Shown piece after piece: positions 9,280 to 21,413 of a stretch of 64,000 bases of DNA (position 1 is its first letter; the number at the start of each line of letters is the position of its first letter). The position numbers were made by a program, and so were the translations under genes. Location: the NCBI GenBank assembly GCA_918797485.1, contig CAKKNE010000005.1, positions 1,550,001-1,614,000 of the forward strand, read 5' to 3'. The DNA is from Pelagomonas calceolata (taxonomy: Eukaryota). Under the pieces are notes generated by a model. That model saw nothing but the letters and a program-made list of their open reading frames with translations. It made no database searches and was not told where the DNA came from.

Positions 9280-12136
9280 CTAGTACTGGGTAAAACCCCG
9301 ATCGCCGGAGCGCGCCGCGAGCGCGCGGAGGCAGCGGCGTTCGTCGCTCAGGACGCTAGAGAGGGCTGCCCCGACTGCCTTTCGATGCGGGTAGAACCGC
9401 GCGTGTGGCAATTCCGCAGCCAGCGCGCCGAGGCAGCGGACGGCATCGGCGCGGGCGGCGGGCGGCGCGTTTGAGTCGCACGCGGCGGCCGCGCACGCCT
9501 TTACGGCGCCGGAGGCCGCGGCTTCCGTAGAGGCGCCGCCGCGCGCGAGCGTGAGCAACACGGCGGCCGCGGCGGCTTGGTTTCCATCTCTGCCGGCGCC
9601 GAGCGCGCGCGCCGCGGCCGCCCCCAGGGTTGTGGCCTCCTCGACGATGACCGCGGGCGGCGCACCGCGCGCCAGCGCGACCAAAGCGCGGTCGCGCGCG
9701 GCGCTGGGCGGCGCGGCGGAGAGGATCGGCGTGAGCGCCACGCGGAACCGCTGGCGCCAGAAGCGCGCCAGAAGCGCGCCACGCGGCGCTGGCGCCGTAA
9801 TTTGCGCGACACACGCCGCAGCGGCGTCGGCATTACCAGAGGCGAACGCGGCGGCGACGGCCTCTGCGACGACCTGTGTAGAATGACTTTGTGAAGAATT
9901 CTTGGGTGCACCCGACGCACTGGTTGATTCCACACTGGCGACGACGGCGGCCGTGCCAGGTGGTGCGTCGCGCCGCGCGACGGCCGCGCGCGCGCAGGCC
10001 GACCAGCTTTGGTCGCCGACGCGCGATTCTGCGAGCGCCCGCCGCAGGACCTCACGCGTCGCCGCGTCGCCGCGTGGCGCAAAGAGGAGGAATGCCTCGA
10101 AGCAGGGCCCCGCCTCGGGTACGATGGCCGCGTCGACAGCCGCCGCGCCGCCCCGCGCGAGGCAGGCGCCCAACCCGGCTGCGTCGTTCTGACGCGACGC
10201 GGCCGGCGCCGCACGCGCGGCCGCTTCGGCTGCGGCGGCGCCGACGACGGCCGCTAGGGCGCCCCGCAATGCGAGAGCGGCCGCCGCCGCCTCATGTGAC
10301 GCGAGCGCATCCGCGGCGCGTTGGTGGAGCCGGCCCGCGCGCGCCGCCGCGACCACCGCCGCCGCCACCGCGTCTGCTCCCGGGCCGCCCGCTGCCAACG
10401 CCACGACAGCGTGCGGGGCCCAGACGTCCGCCGCTGCTGGCGCCGCCGCGAGCGCGGCCGCCACGGCCGGGTCGGCGCCAGCGAGCGCCGCCGCTGCCGC
10501 CGCCGGCCGCGCCGAGGCGAGCGCCGCAGCGAGGCCCGGCCGGTCGCGACAGCGCGCCTTGAGGACTGCCGCGACGTTGCCGTCTCCGAGCACCTCCGGC
10601 GGCGCGCCCGCGTGCGCGGCGGCGGCGACCGCGCGGCATGCGGCCTGCGCCGCGGAGCTGCCGCCCGTTGCCGCCGCCGCTGCCGCGACCACCGCGCTCC
10701 TGGCGGCACTATCAAGCCAGGCGGCGGCGCCGAGGCCGCGGGCCGCGCCAAAGAGCTGCGCGAGCGCCCGCGCCTGCGTGAAGAATTGGAACCTGGACCA
10801 TGCGTCGCGATCGCGCCTCTCGCGAGGCCGGCGGCGTCGCACCCCGCTGCGTCGTTGCAAGCTGAAGCGCCCTTTCCGCGCCGTCGCTCACCGCGGGCGC
10901 GGCGTCCGCGCCACCGCCGGCGACCAAGGCACCCAGCGCCGGCGCAACCGCTGCGACGACCGCCCGCCATGCCCGCGGCCCCGCGCTTGCGACGGCCGCA
11001 AGGACCTGCGCCGCGGCGCGCGCGGCGCGCGACGCCGGGGACGCCGTCGCCGCCCGCGCTGCTATGCGCAGTCCCCGTGCGCACGCCACCCTCCTATGCC
11101 AGGCCCGCGCTGCGAGGCGCTGCGCTGCGGCTGCAGCCGGCGCCGGCGCCATCGACGCGACCGCTGCGACCGCCTTCATCAGCTCCTCGGCCGTCGCCTC
11201 AAGGCTCGCTTCCGGACAGACCTCGGCAGCGCGCGCCGCGAGGGTCAACGCTTCCCCGATCTCGTCAGGCGATGCGCCGGTGTCGCGCAGGCACTCGAGC
11301 GCGAGGTCGAGGGCCTCGCTCGCGAGTTCCGGCGCGGCCGTCAGCGCCGCGCGCAGCGCCTCGCGGAGCCCGACCGCTGTGACGCCGTGCGGGTTGCGCG
11401 CCGGCGCGACGAAGGACACGGGAAAGTAGGGCGATAATGCAGCGGCGAGGCCCGCAGCCGCGCCCGCGTCGCCCCAGCCGATAGTGTCCGCCGCCCGGCC
11501 ACAACCGCGCGCGGCGCCCAGGGCCCGCAGGAGGCAGCGCGGGTCGCGCTCGCCATCCACGGCCGCGGCGACGCCGCGCGCGAAGCGGGCCGCGCCTTCG
11601 TTTGAAGCGGCGGCCGCGAGCTCCGCCGCTTTTCCGTCCAGGACGGCGCGCTGCGCGTCGAAAAACCTCTCGCGCGCCGCGCGCGGGAACGCTGGGGCCC
11701 GAACCGCGCCGTCGCCGAACAAACACAGGGCCGCCGCCGCCGCCGCCGCCGCGCCGCCCTCACCGGTCCCGCGGCGCGCCGCTTCCACGACGTCCGCGAG
11801 CGCCCGCAGCGCATGTTCGGCGGACGGCGCGTCGTCCGCGCGCGCCGCGCAGAACGCGGCCAGTGCCGCACAGTCGTCCGGCGGCGGCGGCGCCTCGCGC
11901 ACAAACGTCGCGAGCAGTCGTGACGCGTTTCGCCGGGTGGAACCGACCTCGCTCGCTAGATGCCTTTCTGAGCGCGCGACATAGTCCGCACACGTCGCGC
12001 CGCGTGCTCGAAGCTCCGCCCAGGCCGCCGCCCTCCCTTCGTCGTCGGCCTCACACGCAGCCACGTAAGCCGCGATGGCGACGTCAATCGGGTCGGGTAG
12101 GAGCCATCCGAGGAGGCCTTGCTGGCGCAGCGACAT
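9280..12136 (-). CDS. MMS19: MMS19 (cytosolic Fe-S assembly / NER factor), HEAT-repeat protein; introns 10774-10891 and 9874-9945
   Basis: N-terminal motifs VDGERDPRCLL and YFPVSFVAP..NPHGVT...LR. C-terminal motif RCLGAL...PHRKAV...L.DERR.LR. A GTGAGC..CACGCAG intron joins the two long ORFs in phase 0. Start and last codons are uncertain. Confidence 0.85.
9866..9945 (-). mobile_element. Introner element (64-bp DNA-transposon-derived intron) with 8-bp TSD
   Basis: Perfect direct repeat GCGACGAC at 9866-9873 and 9938-9945. TIRs CTGTGTAGAAT / ATTCCACACTG. On the gene strand the GT donor is in the TSD and the AG acceptor is at the TIR end. Confidence 0.9.
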
Positions 12137-12876
12137 CCGCCAGCACCTGCGTTTGAGATCAAGCTTTCGAGAGGAACTAGGTAGACCCGCCTGGGCCGCA
12201 GGCGGGTGTGCTGCCGTGTCTTCCCAGAGAGTGGCAGCTCTCATTCAATCAGGGGGTGGGAGCAGCGCCTAGTAGCAGAGCAGCTTCCGCGCTTCCTCCG
12301 CTTAAGGCACCGAAGAGCACAGAGCAGGAGCTGAAATAAGTCCCTCTCAAAAACCTCCCGCGTGGATCATATCAGTGTGTGTGTAGTAGAGTAGCTCGCC
12401 AACGCCGCGCATGGGCTTCAAAATCCAAATGTCCCCAGGCGGCCCCGCACGATCACTAGTCATCCTCCTTCCTTTTAGAAATATATGTCTAGTATTACTC
12501 TTGACTTTGAAAACTTATTGAGGTGACTACACTACGCTGCCGGGGAAGTCCGGAAGTACACACTCTATTTCCCCCTGCATCGCACCTAGCACAGCACTCT
12601 AGCACTTTAGCACTCCAGTGGTCACCTCCCACGCCCTCTCTCCGAGTCCAGCCGAGGGACGCATATGTAAGAGATGTAAACGTTATGGGAGGGTACGAGC
12701 TCGTAAAATGGAATAAACTAGGACTCAGCCCAATCATAGCCTCACTGAGTCCCAGATCCGTCGGACCAGGTCCACTACTCCTCCGCTCCGGGAATTAGGC
12801 TAGACGTCGCATTCGAGAACCTAGACGCGTCAGCAGCTCGGGAGTCGGAGGCGCACACACTAGGGGTTGGAAATTT

Positions 12877-15800
12877 CTACACGAAATGCCGCCCCGCCCC
12901 GCACGAGCGGAACTCGGCGGGCTTCGGGACAATATTCCCGCGCGCGTCGCGCTCGGGCTCGGGCGGTGCTGGCACAACGCCGGTGCGGAACGAGGCAATG
13001 GGCGACGGCCGCGAGAACTCGGGCGACGGGACCACCTCGTGGGAAACCTTGTCCCAGCCGTACTCGGTCCCCTGCGTCCGCAGCATGAACTCGCACGCGA
13101 CGCTCAGGCCCGGTTCGTCGCGCACCGCCCGGTCGGGTACGAGGGCCTCGACGGCGTACGAGTTGTCCGTGCCCGCGTAGACGGGCGTCCATGCCCCTAC
13201 GTTTTCGTGGCGGATCCGCCGCCGCGGCACGCTCCGCTCCTGCATCCCGTCCTCGTATTGCACGTCGAACGTGCCGTCCCGCTGGTCGACGACGATGACG
13301 CCGGTGAATTCCGTGAGGAGCGGCGCGCTCTCGGACGCGTCGGACGCGTCGGACGCGTCCGTCGCGTTGTCGCCCGTCCTGGGCCGCGGCTCCCACTCCA
13401 CAAGCACCGCCTCGCCGACGCGCAGCTCGCGGAACCCTCCGCGCATGCACAGAAAGAACGTGGGCTCGCACGGCTTTCGCCGCGCATCCCGCGGCACGGC
13501 GCGCCACCGCAGCCACAGCGTCGTCGGCGAGGCCTTGTGGAGTAAAATGGGCGGCGCAACCGTCAGCGGCGGTACAGCCGAGCGCACGTGCTCGGCACCG
13601 AACCAGACGCACTCGATCGCCTCGTTTGCCGCCCACCGCTCTAATAACCAATACGTCTCCCACGCCCTGTGTGGAAATCAACCAGTGAGTCGAGTGCCTA
13701 ATTCTTCGCGAACTCATTTCTCGGCGACGACGCGGGCCTGCTGGCTAAGTCAAGCGGTGAGGGACCCGCACTGCCGCGCCATCGAGCAGACGTCGCGTCG
13801 CGCGGGGACGTCGATGCGATCATTCAGTGCAAAAACTGCCGCGAAATTTTGATTCGGCACCGGACATATGACACGCGCTTCGCCTCACGCGCATCCTCCG
13901 CGTCCCGCCTGACGCGCTCCCTTTCCAATCTCTCGTGGAACTCGACCGTCTCCCGCTGCTCCCGGCCGGCCGCGTCCTCCAGATCCAGGACCACGAGGTC
14001 GTCGAGCGGCGCGCCGTCGTCTAGGGCCGCGCCCCCGAACACGAAGACGCGGTCGCCGATCGCCGCCATGGCGCAGCCCGCGCGCGCTATGGGCGGCGCC
14101 GCGGGCGCCTCCCTCAATGCTTGCCTCGTGTCCGCGAGGGCGGCGGCTTGTGAGGAAGCCGCGTCGGCCGCCGCCACGACGTGGAGGTCGCCGTCGGGCG
14201 CGTCCCCCCGGCACCGCGCGCGGTCGCGCGCCGCTCCGGCTTTGACGGCAGCGGCCCGCGCGCGCGCGCGCGCTTCAACCACTGCGGGCTCCACCGAGGC
14301 CGCCGTCCCGCGTGGCGCCGGCGAGGTCCACGCCAATTCCCGCAGGTCCAGCACGTGCGGCTCGAGCGCCGTCTCCCCGGCGGGGGGGGCACCCGCGCCA
14401 GCGCGCCCTCCCAGTGCGATCGCACGGTCGGCAAAGCACGCACGCAGCCCCAGAAATGCGCAGCAAAAGTCGTGCCGCGCCGCGACGTCGGCGCCGCCCA
14501 CGCGCACGTCGACCCACTCGCTATTCTTGACGTCCAGCACCTTCAGCGCGCCGCAGAGCGAGTTCACTTCCGCGAGCGCGCGCGGCGCGGCGCCCGATCG
14601 GTCGCCCATCGCCAGCAGCGCGTCGCCGAGGCGTGCCACGTCCTCCTCGCGCCGAAAAGCGTCGCCGGCGGCCGCCGCCTGCGCCGCTGCCAGCGACCGC
14701 GCGGCGGCGCGCGCCGCGCCCGCCGCGCGCGGCGCGGCGAGGGCCTTGAAGGCGGCGGCCGCCTCGCCGTTCCTCAGGCTCGCGACCGCGGCCGGGCCCT
14801 CGGCCGCATGCGCATCGCCGACGGCGACCGCCACGGCCGCGGCGCGGCGGTCGGCCGCGCGCGCGCGCTCCGTGGACGCAGTGGCCGCGCCGGGACCGAC
14901 GGACGACCCGCCGAGCACCAGGAGCCGTGTCACTGGGACCTCGGCGCGGAACGCGCCAGCAGCGCCTGGCTCGACCTTGGCAGCCGGCAGCGCCACGAGC
15001 GCGTGGCCGAAGCAGTTCGGCGGCGGCGCCCCCAGCACCGCGGGCCGCGACCACGTGCCGAGCCGGGGGTCGTGGAGCCAGGGGCCCCCGAAACACGTAG
15101 TCCCGTCGCGTCCTCCGAAGACGCACACCTTGCCGTCGCCGCAGCGCGCCGCCGCCGCGGCGCACCGCGGCTCGGGCGCCTCGCCACCGTTTTCTGGTAC
15201 CGCGACCCAGGCGGGTTCGCGCAGGCGCTCGAGCCGCCGCCGCTCCTTCTGATTGGGGTCGATGCGCGGATCGATTGGCGCCGGCCGCGGCAGGCGCAGC
15301 ACGAACGCATCGTGGAAATAGCGCCCCCGGTCGCCGCGGCCCCCGAAGACCCACATGCGCTCGTCGTCGAGCGCGACGGCGCAATGGCCCGCGCGCGGCG
15401 CGATCAGCTCGGGCTCGGCCAGCGGCGCGACGTGACGCCACACCCTTTGGTCGGCCTCAAGATCCAAAAGGTGGACCTCGGGCCCGTAGTACCGAATTGT
15501 CTGCTCGGGTAGGCGCTCGGTCCGCACGCCCGGGGCCGTCAGCACCGTCGCGTACGCGCGGAACGCCCTGGCGGGCGCGTTCGGCAACTTGGACACGAGG
15601 GCACGGCCCCCGAAGCAGACGAGGCGGTCGCGGCCGAGCGCGACGAGCGTGTGGTCGGCACGTGGCGCAGGCCGGCCCGCGCCGGGGACCGCCTCGGTCG
15701 TGTAGAGGGCGCTCCACGCGCACACCGGCGCGCCGGGCGGCCGCCACGGCTGCGGCGACGGCGGCTGCGGCGGCGAGTGGTGCAGCACCTCGCGCGCCAG

Positions 15801-16478
15801 ACTCGTGAGGTCCTCCTTGAGCCAAGTGTCGCCAGAATCGACCTCGATGCCGCGCGCGGGCGCGCGGCGCTCGAAGACGGAGAGCGCCGCCTCGTTCGTC
15901 GCGGCCGCCAGCTTGGCCTCCCGCTCCGTCCTCGCCTGGCTCGCCTGCAGCGCGAACCATTTCCGCGTGTGCTCGCACGTGCCGAAGGGCAGCGTGCAGA
16001 CGTAGCACTTCCACGGCCGCGTCGGATGCTTGGGCGCGGGCCGCAACGCCCGCGCGCGCACGACGAGCGCCTCGGCGACCGCCTCCTGGATCTTGGGGTG
16101 CACGGAGGCGGCAGCCTCGGCGGCCGCCGTCGCCGCAGCGACGACGGCCGTCGTGTCGTCCTCGTCGGACGAAGCCTCGCCGCGCCGCCGCCGCAGGAAG
16201 GCTGCATGCGCCGCCGCATGCGCGGCAGAACGCCCGGCGGCGCGCGCCGTCGCATCGGCGGGCAGGCACTTCAGCGCCGCGGTTAGCGCCGCCTCGCGCC
16301 AGGCCGCAGCGCCGAGCGCCGCGACGAGCTCCGCCTTCTCACGGAGATCCGACACGTCGACGCCGCGCGCCGCCGCCAGAGCCTTGAGCCGCGGGAAGCT
16401 CATGCCCTCGAGGTTGTCCTGGGGTGCCATGGCGGCGCGGACCTCCATGGCCTCGCAGCGCGGACGAGGGCTCTCCAT
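12877..16478 (-). CDS. Multidomain protein: SAP-like N-terminus, CxxC-C-H finger, kelch repeats, FN3-like domain with Tudor-like insert; intron ~13667-13872
   Basis: Kelch motifs PAPRADHTLVALG..LVCFGG, PRAGHCAV..MWVFGG, VFVFGG. Finger CYVCTLPFGTCEH. A phase-2 GT..CAG intron joins AKRV to AWETYWLLERW, which is in frame with ORF 12877-13587 (ASPTTLWLRW; DGTFDVQYEDG). Confidence 0.75.
13667..13872 (-). mobile_element. Older introner-type intron (~206 nt)
   Basis: The 3' end CACTGGTTGATTTCCACACAG closely matches a terminus of the MMS19 introner. The 5' end CGGTGCCGAATCAA is a degenerate TIR and the TSD is eroded. Confidence 0.7.
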
Positions 16479-17320
16479 AGTGGGCCAATGCGCGCCGTCG
16501 TCGTTAGTTCGCTAGCGTCACACCGCAGCTCTTCGTCGTCCTGGTGCCGCTGCGACCATATGGCGCTGTTGTCTGCCGAGCAGTGATCGCGTCGGGCCAA
16601 AGCTACCCAATTTGGCGCCTTGATATAGGCTTTGGGGCAGCGTAGTTGAGAGAGGGCGCTTCTATGCTGAGTCGGACGGCTTGCGGCCGGCCGGGCACCT
16701 TGAGCGTGTGGGAGACCTGGAAGCCGCGCCCCGGAGCGGTGTCCCAAGTTTCGTACCGTCGGTACTAGTATGTATCTCTATATGCATGATACCTACTGGT
16801 ATGTGCTTGCAGGCGTGCGAGTTTACGACGTTGGCGGGGCATTGGCTATGGCCAGCGCTGTACAGGGCGCCACGATACGGCAGCGCCGCCCGCGCCACGC
16901 TGCCCGCGCGTCGGCGCACCTCCCACGGCTCAGGCTGCCCTCCAACTCTTGCTGGTCCAGCAGCCGCCCTGGGAGCCGCGCGCTCTGGGGCGGAGACACA
17001 CGACGAGACCGTCGCGTACGGGTCACGCGGAATACGCGTCGCGTCGGAGCCTACGGTCGGTCGGGATGGTTTATCGTCGGGGGCGAAGCCGGCGCGGCGA
17101 CGCGCCGCGACAGCAACAGAGGCAGAGGGATCGGTCGTCTGGACGAGACGATGTCTCCGGTTGCTCGCGGCCGTGTCTTATCGCGTATTATGATTTGGCG
17201 TTTTTTAGGTATAATCGCTTACTTAGCCCAGCCAAAGCCAGCCAAAGCTAAGCTAAAAAGCGGCCCCACCACCACCAATTTAAATATGGCGCGCCTCCGT
17301 AGGGGGCCGCGCCCGGCACG

Positions 17321-18997
17321 ATGGCCAAGAAAAAGAAGAGTTTGAAACAAAAGGTGAAAGAAAAAAAAAAGCAAAGGCGGGCAAAGGCTAGAAAGGCTAA
17401 ACAGCCGGCTGCAAAGCCCGCCGCGAAGCGGTCGCCGAAGAAGCACGCCACCCGGCCGACCTTCGACGTGGACCCCAAGCTCACTGATGCTCATGGGGAG
17501 AAACTCGAATATCACGGAGACTACGACTATGACGACGCGCCTGACAACGACAACTGCGACTGGTCCAACCCGTGGCAAGTCGTCGTCCTTCCACCTGCTA
17601 CTAGGACGCCACCTACAAAAGTACGCGTGCGGTATGTGGCCTCGGGTACAGATAATGAGGTTGGCGTCGTGGATCCGGACCGGCTCGTCCGGCGTTTCGT
17701 GATTCATCCGGTAGGAACTGCGGTAGACGTCCGGGCGGACAAGGTGTTGAAGAACGGCGACAAGAAAAAGTCCGAACAAATGGTCATCGTCGGGTGGGAT
17801 GAGGATGCGGGAACGTATCTCGTCGACTGGGAGGGGAGTGTCTCAGACGCGGAAGAGGGCGACTCCGTGTGGGTGACGCTCGACGAGATCGAAGGTAAAG
17901 TGGTGAAGACGTTCAGCGACGGCTGCGTCGAGGTCAAGTTGGCTGACGACTGGGTCGTAAAGTTCAGGAATAACGAGGTGCTCGTCCTGTGGCCGGACAA
18001 GGCGCACATCGTCGACCAGAGCTTCGTGCGGCGGCGAGTATCACGGGCGTGCTCGAGGGCTGTCGCGGGGCAGACGAACCCCACGTGGTTCGTAAAAGAC
18101 GGCGACCCTAGTGTAGCGAACCCCGACTGGTTTTATTCGTGTGTTTATAGGAGAAGATTCTACCCAAAAGAGAAAGTGGCCCGCGAAAAGGCTTCTGGGG
18201 CAAGGCCTTCACTTGAGTTAATGGGCGAGGAGGAGTACTACGCTCACCCGAGTACGAAGGCGAAACAGGCCTGGAGGGACGCCCACCCCGACTACGACAA
18301 GGAACGTTGGAAGACCTACGAACGACCCGTTTGCCCACACTGCGACAGTGGCCTCCTGAAGACGAATTGTTTTTGTGGCGGTCCTGGCACCGGCAATTCG
18401 CGTGCCTCGAACGTTGCCCGCCGCGCGCTCCGTTTAGCTTTAGATGCGGAAGTTGGAGGAGACATGTCGGAGGTCACTGGCTTTACGCCGGCTCAGGCCT
18501 CCCAAATTATGGCTGCCGCCGTTCCGGACGATGTACCTCTCGCGGACTTGATGCGGAAGAAGCTCGTCCGGAGCTGGACGAAGGGTAGGAAAGTCACTGT
18601 CCTCGACAACGAGCACATCAAGCCCATCGCCTTGTTGAAAAAACAGGAGCTGAAAGACCTCGCCGATCCTGTGCCGGCAATGGTCGACGGCGAGCCGAAC
18701 GATGCGTTGCGGCTCGTCAGTCGCATCGAAGGGCTTCAATTCATGATCTTCAGGGAGAATGATTGGAAGTTCACGAAATATCCGCTGTCGACGAGGCAGG
18801 ATCACGAGACGTACATCCGCTGCTTCTACCCCAAGCGCGAGCTGTCGAAGCCAGTCCTAGAGCGCAAGTACTACGCCTTCAAGACGGTGCTCCGGAACGT
18901 CGAGGAGTGGGCCGCGGCCCGCGGCGAGTGGCGCCCCATCGGCGCCCGCGCGGGCTCCCACTCGCCCGCGGCTGTTCAAGCGCTCTTGGCGGAGTAG
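17321..18997 (+). CDS. 558-aa intronless protein: Lys-rich N-terminus, Tudor/SH3-like beta repeats, Cys cluster, C-terminal giant-virus-type HNH-like endonuclease domain
   Basis: Long ATG ORF with lower GC than neighbouring genes. CPHC...CFC. DNEHIKPIA...RIEGLQFMIFRENDWK resembles the iDHikP...NLQpl...eN..K HNH pattern. Confidence 0.6.
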   Translation: MAKKKKSLKQKVKEKKKQRRAKARKAKQPAAKPAAKRSPKKHATRPTFDVDPKLTDAHGEKLEYHGDYDYDDAPDNDNCDWSNPWQVVVLPPATRTPPTKVRVRYVASGTDNEVGVVDPDRLVRRFVIHPVGTAVDVRADKVLKNGDKKKSEQMVIVGWDEDAGTYLVDWEGSVSDAEEGDSVWVTLDEIEGKVVKTFSDGCVEVKLADDWVVKFRNNEVLVLWPDKAHIVDQSFVRRRVSRACSRAVAGQTNPTWFVKDGDPSVANPDWFYSCVYRRRFYPKEKVAREKASGARPSLELMGEEEYYAHPSTKAKQAWRDAHPDYDKERWKTYERPVCPHCDSGLLKTNCFCGGPGTGNSRASNVARRALRLALDAEVGGDMSEVTGFTPAQASQIMAAAVPDDVPLADLMRKKLVRSWTKGRKVTVLDNEHIKPIALLKKQELKDLADPVPAMVDGEPNDALRLVSRIEGLQFMIFRENDWKFTKYPLSTRQDHETYIRCFYPKRELSKPVLERKYYAFKTVLRNVEEWAAARGEWRPIGARAGSHSPAAVQALLAE

Positions 18998-19805
18998 TGT
19001 GGTTGAGTGTCGCTTGTTTGGATTTTTGGTTGTTGGTAAGTATTCTTCACTTTCTTGTATTTATTTTGATATGAGTACTAGGTACCAAGTACCTCGGTAC
19101 CATGGTACCTAGTACCTACCTACCGCAGCCTGAGTACGGTACCGCAGTGGGCCCACACATGTGCTACAAGCTCGTAGAGCTACCAGCTACCCGACCCACG
19201 GTAGAGGCCAAAACAGCGGCCCTCTGATTTCAAGAGGAGCTTTATGATGGGCCCCCGGGGCGTTCCGAACCTATTTAGTGCTGACTTATGTCCAACAGCT
19301 ACGACTCGGATCAGTATCTTAGCAGCAGTATCTGGCTACCTCAGGCTACGGCACACCTAGTGGCTCGCTGTGAGAATACTGTACTTATACTTGCTCTTGT
19401 CCAACGCTCCGATAGTTCCCTCCCTTGTTTTGGCGCGGGGGCGCGTGGTCCAGGGGGTTCAATTTGAAGTTGAAGTTGTCGTCCGTTGATGATCGGTCAA
19501 CGGCCTCCTTTCCACTCATAAATCTCCCAACTTTGCTTTGGTTTCACTATCCTAGTTCTAGTTATTTCAACTATACCTGAAATACCTCGATAAAGCAGGT
19601 CTAATCAAAAGGTCCTTATCATGATATGATGACATATCCGAGGAGGTACCAGTAGTGCGGCCCGGGCGGCGTTGTCTGCTTTGTTTCTGCTAATATGCCG
19701 CGACAAACGAGGGCCGAATAAGAGCCTCCTCTCTTTACTTGTAACTTAGTAATCATCCTTGCAACCTACTAGCAGTCCATTACAACTTCAAGTTAGTACA
19801 CTAGG

Positions 19806-21290
19806 CTAGAGTTCCTCGTCGCTCGAGGCGTCCGGCGGCGGCGGCGCGAACCGCTCCAGCCGCGCGAGCTCAGCGCGCCACCACGCGTCCGCGCGGCCGT
19901 CCGTCAGGCGCGCCGGGGGCTGCTCGGCGGGCGCCGGCGCGCTGGCGCGGAGCCACAGCTCCCACCGCGGTGCTGCCGCGGGCCCGTCGGCCGGCGTCGG
20001 CGGTGGGTCGCCGTAAAGGGTCGACCGCCGGCGGGCCGCCACGGGTGCGTCGGTGTCGGCCGCGTGGCCCTCGTCGAGCAGCAGCGCCAGCGCGTCCTCC
20101 GTCGCCGCCGGCACGAGCGCCGCCGTCACGGCCGTGGAGTGCGACACGTCGGGCGACACGTTCGCCTCGAGCAGGTAGCAGGACAGGTCCTCGCCGACGA
20201 TGATATCCAAACCGAGCCACTCGAAGCCGTGGCCGACCTTCTCCACGTCCAGGCGCGCGGCCGTCTCCGCCACGGCCACGGCGATGGCGCGGATACCGGC
20301 CCGCACGCGCGCCTCGAAGCTGCCCGCGCCGTAGATTCTATCGATGTGCGCCGCCAGTTGCGCCTGGCTCCACATGTTCTCGGCGATGGCGTCGTCCGCC
20401 GCCGGCGCGTCCTTCTGGATCGAGTAATTGCAGAGGTGCGCGAACTTGTCCCGGAGCGACGCGTCCGAGAGCGCGAACCGTTGTTGAGCAAACCGCGCAT
20501 ACGCCTCGGAGAAGCCCCAGAGCACAAGCTTCGGCCGGACGGCCGACAGGAGGACCCACTGGCGCACGTCGAATTTCCGGGCGAGGGGCGTGAGGGGGCG
20601 CTCGATGTACTTCTGCACGACGACACGCCACCGCCGCGCCATTGCCGCCGCCAGCAGTTCTTGGACCGACGTCGAGCAGACGACGCCCTCGCCGCAACTG
20701 CCGCCCGCCGGCTTGAGCACCCATACGCCCGCGGCGCCGTCGACCACTGCAGCCTGCGGCCGTGCGTCGAAAGCCCGCAGCGCCGCCGCGGCCGCCACCG
20801 CGTCGCCGCCCCCCGTGCGGGCCGCGAGCGTCGCCGCCGTGTCGCCCGCCGCGAGCCGCGCCGCAATTTCATCAAATTTACGCCCGGCGCAGGCATCCAC
20901 GAGCGTCCGCCCCAGGCCGGCGTCGCCGGGGCCCGCGCCGCCTGCGCGCAGCGCCGCCGCTGCCGCGACGCGCGCGGCGTCGCCCAGGAATCGCCGGGCG
21001 TGCGCCGGCAGCCGGAGGTCGTAGCAGCGCGGGTAAAACTCGGCGGACGCGTCCGCCAGCGCGGCCGCGAGCGTTGCCTTGTGGCTCAGCCGCTGCGCGT
21101 GGCGAAGATGGTTCACGTAGCGGTCGGCGTCGGCGGACTCGAAGTCCGTTTGCTTCAGGTTCCGCCACGCGAGGTCCCCGCCACAAATGACGCGCGCCCA
21201 GCCCCGCGCCTCAAGGCACGCGATCACATCGCCAAACTTGTCGTCCGCCACAAAGGTTTGTTGACATAGCCCCACGCGCTGCTCGGCCAT
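19806..21290 (-). CDS. Tubulin-tyrosine-ligase-like protein, TTLL3/8 (glycylase)-like
   Basis: WVLKPAGGSCGEG, VVQKYIERP, KFDVRQWVL, HLCNYSIQK, FEWLGLDII, LLEANVSP. Confidence 0.88.
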   Translation of the reverse strand: MAEQRVGLCQQTFVADDKFGDVIACLEARGWARVICGGDLAWRNLKQTDFESADADRYVNHLRHAQRLSHKATLAAALADASAEFYPRCYDLRLPAHARRFLGDAARVAAAAALRAGGAGPGDAGLGRTLVDACAGRKFDEIAARLAAGDTAATLAARTGGGDAVAAAAALRAFDARPQAAVVDGAAGVWVLKPAGGSCGEGVVCSTSVQELLAAAMARRWRVVVQKYIERPLTPLARKFDVRQWVLLSAVRPKLVLWGFSEAYARFAQQRFALSDASLRDKFAHLCNYSIQKDAPAADDAIAENMWSQAQLAAHIDRIYGAGSFEARVRAGIRAIAVAVAETAARLDVEKVGHGFEWLGLDIIVGEDLSCYLLEANVSPDVSHSTAVTAALVPAATEDALALLLDEGHAADTDAPVAARRRSTLYGDPPPTPADGPAAAPRWELWLRASAPAPAEQPPARLTDGRADAWWRAELARLERFAPPPPDASSDEEL

Positions 21291-21413
21291 ATCTGTTACC
21301 CATGTATTGTTTTGCGCATCGTGTCGGTTGTGCTAGCGTGCTCCCATTTTTGTCCTCTGCTGGCACAGTCTACTTTGGTATCTACTTTGGTATCGTATCG
21401 GCATCTACCTCTC

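Noticed and set aside
9874..9945. Apparent Ser/Thr-rich protein insertion VVASVESTSASGAPKNSSQSHSTQ in MMS19
   Set aside because: Better explained as an in-frame introner intron, given the TSD, TIRs and GT-AG ends.
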